64,000 bases of DNA, from contig NC_092348.1 of assembly GCF_963676685.1 (NCBI RefSeq), positions 83,142,001-83,206,000 on the forward strand, given 5' to 3'. The stretch's first letter is position 1, and each line of letters opens with the position of its first letter. Source of the stretch: Mytilus edulis. Its lineage: Eukaryota. The notes under the pieces are model-generated. The model worked only from the letters and a program-made list of their open reading frames with translations, was not told the origin of the DNA and ran no database searches. Of the stretch, positions 62,801 to 64,000 are shown in pieces. Position numbers and translations under genes: made by a program.

Positions 62801-63585
62801 CTTTGTTTTCAAGAAAGTGTATTTTCTAAATCAAAGAAAACTTAAAAATCATGATTATAATCGTACTATGTTTTATTATTTGATGACACTAGCAATAATG
62901 AAAAACACTAGTATTATTGCTCTCTTTTTATATTGAACAGTAATGTGCACCTAATGCATAAACTGAGAAAAGTTTATCTATTCAAATCAAATTACAAAAT
63001 AAACAGTGATTTAAATTTGTTAAGGTTGCAATAAATACCTAATTCAGAAAGACGTCTTTTGATGGTGGAGACTGCTTGTGGAAGTAAATTACATCTCTCA
63101 CATACCATGTCATGCTGATGGTCGACACAGTGCTGTTGTAGATGTTGGTCTGTTGGATCACTCAAAGAATAATTGATACAGTGATCTGGACATTTATCAC
63201 ATTTCCTGAGGTGTGCTTTAAAGTCTGTCTTCAAGTAAATTTTACTGGCATTTAAACTGTCCTTGCAGTCACGCAACTCTACTTGCACTTCCTCATCAAC
63301 AACATAGTTACCCATTTCCTTGACTGTTGTTAACAATGTCTCATATGATGCACCACCATCAGCGGCACAATTGTCGAGGCCTTTCAGGTTTGTTCGTCTT
63401 GAAGATGGACATGCATTTAGAATTTTGAATAAAGTGGATCTTGATAAAGGCAGGAATTCAGTTTCTGTACAAAATTTTGTATACACGTTTATAAGAGTGG
63501 CATGACATGCAGTTCTCACTACTTCAGGTATTGTTACTGTATTTCCATTGTCCAACTTCATTTCCTTTACACCAAAGGATGAGAC
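59819..63585 (-). mobile_element. Spliced DDD transposase-like gene (Sola3-like), 5' part beyond the window, frameshifted near the C-terminus; exons 63585-63039, 62596-62313, 61684-61489, 60824-59819
   Basis: Phase-consistent GT-AG introns. Motifs IMDWAMKFLP..REKQSDWFG, LRSDNAGCYH and SEPQNGKSYCD give a candidate D-D-D triad; C2H2-like CPEIGC..H..H. Conserved-looking EYL..QIASFFSRL lies in a shifted frame after about 59971. The Sola3 assignment is from recalled motifs, and no TIR was found. Confidence 0.72.
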
Positions 63586-64000
63586 CTAGAAATCAAAAAA
63601 GGTTTAAGCTATTATTAGATAATTCAAGAACCTTAAAGAGAAAACTCGCATTACCATGCCCAAATAATTGTCACTAGTCAAACAAATCTTATCAGATTCA
63701 ATAGTTGAAAGACTCATAACTCATACAAAAAGTTAGTTGATCAAAATCTGTGTGTGTATACAAATCTTAACAAAAAGTCCTAATCATCTATAAAGTTTCA
63801 TGATATTCTGTTTTATGGTTTCAGAGAAGTTTCACTGACCAACAGTTGCAGTTGCAGCTGAATATTATGAGCCCATTTTCTCATAGAAAAAAACCATTTA
63901 AATATCTAAAGTAACTTAATCAAAGTTTGATTAACAAAATCATAGTGTAAGAGCACTATTTTCACAAAATTATACCCCTGCATCTTGCAAAGTTCATGTT

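Overview
AT-rich, intron-rich, repeat-dense animal DNA. The repeat families suggest a bivalve, probably a Mytilus mussel (inference). Three host genes lie on the + strand: (1) the 3' part of an immunoglobulin-superfamily gene (three phase-1 Ig exons, 337-2820); (2) a complete 14-exon CYP3A-like cytochrome P450 (10296-33381, 500 aa by my splicing); (3) an 11-coding-exon M14A procarboxypeptidase B-like gene (41636-53415, 424 aa) with one GC-AG intron. On the - strand (59819 to beyond 63585) is a spliced, frameshifted DDD transposase-like gene (Sola3-like). Mobile DNA includes a young, internally deleted Gypsy/Gmr1-like LTR element whose LTRs carry heat-shock elements, a solo LTR, a deleted Academ transposon, several MITEs, tRNA-derived SINEs, Helentron-like elements and hammerhead-ribozyme (retrozyme) repeats. 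Top observations: two individually mutated intronic hammerheads that would complement each other as a dimer; a 33-bp minisatellite that multiplies a real splice donor; and HSE arrays in a sense-oriented intronic LTR. All gene models and counts were derived by eye from GT/GC-AG sites and reading-frame phase. No database search was possible.
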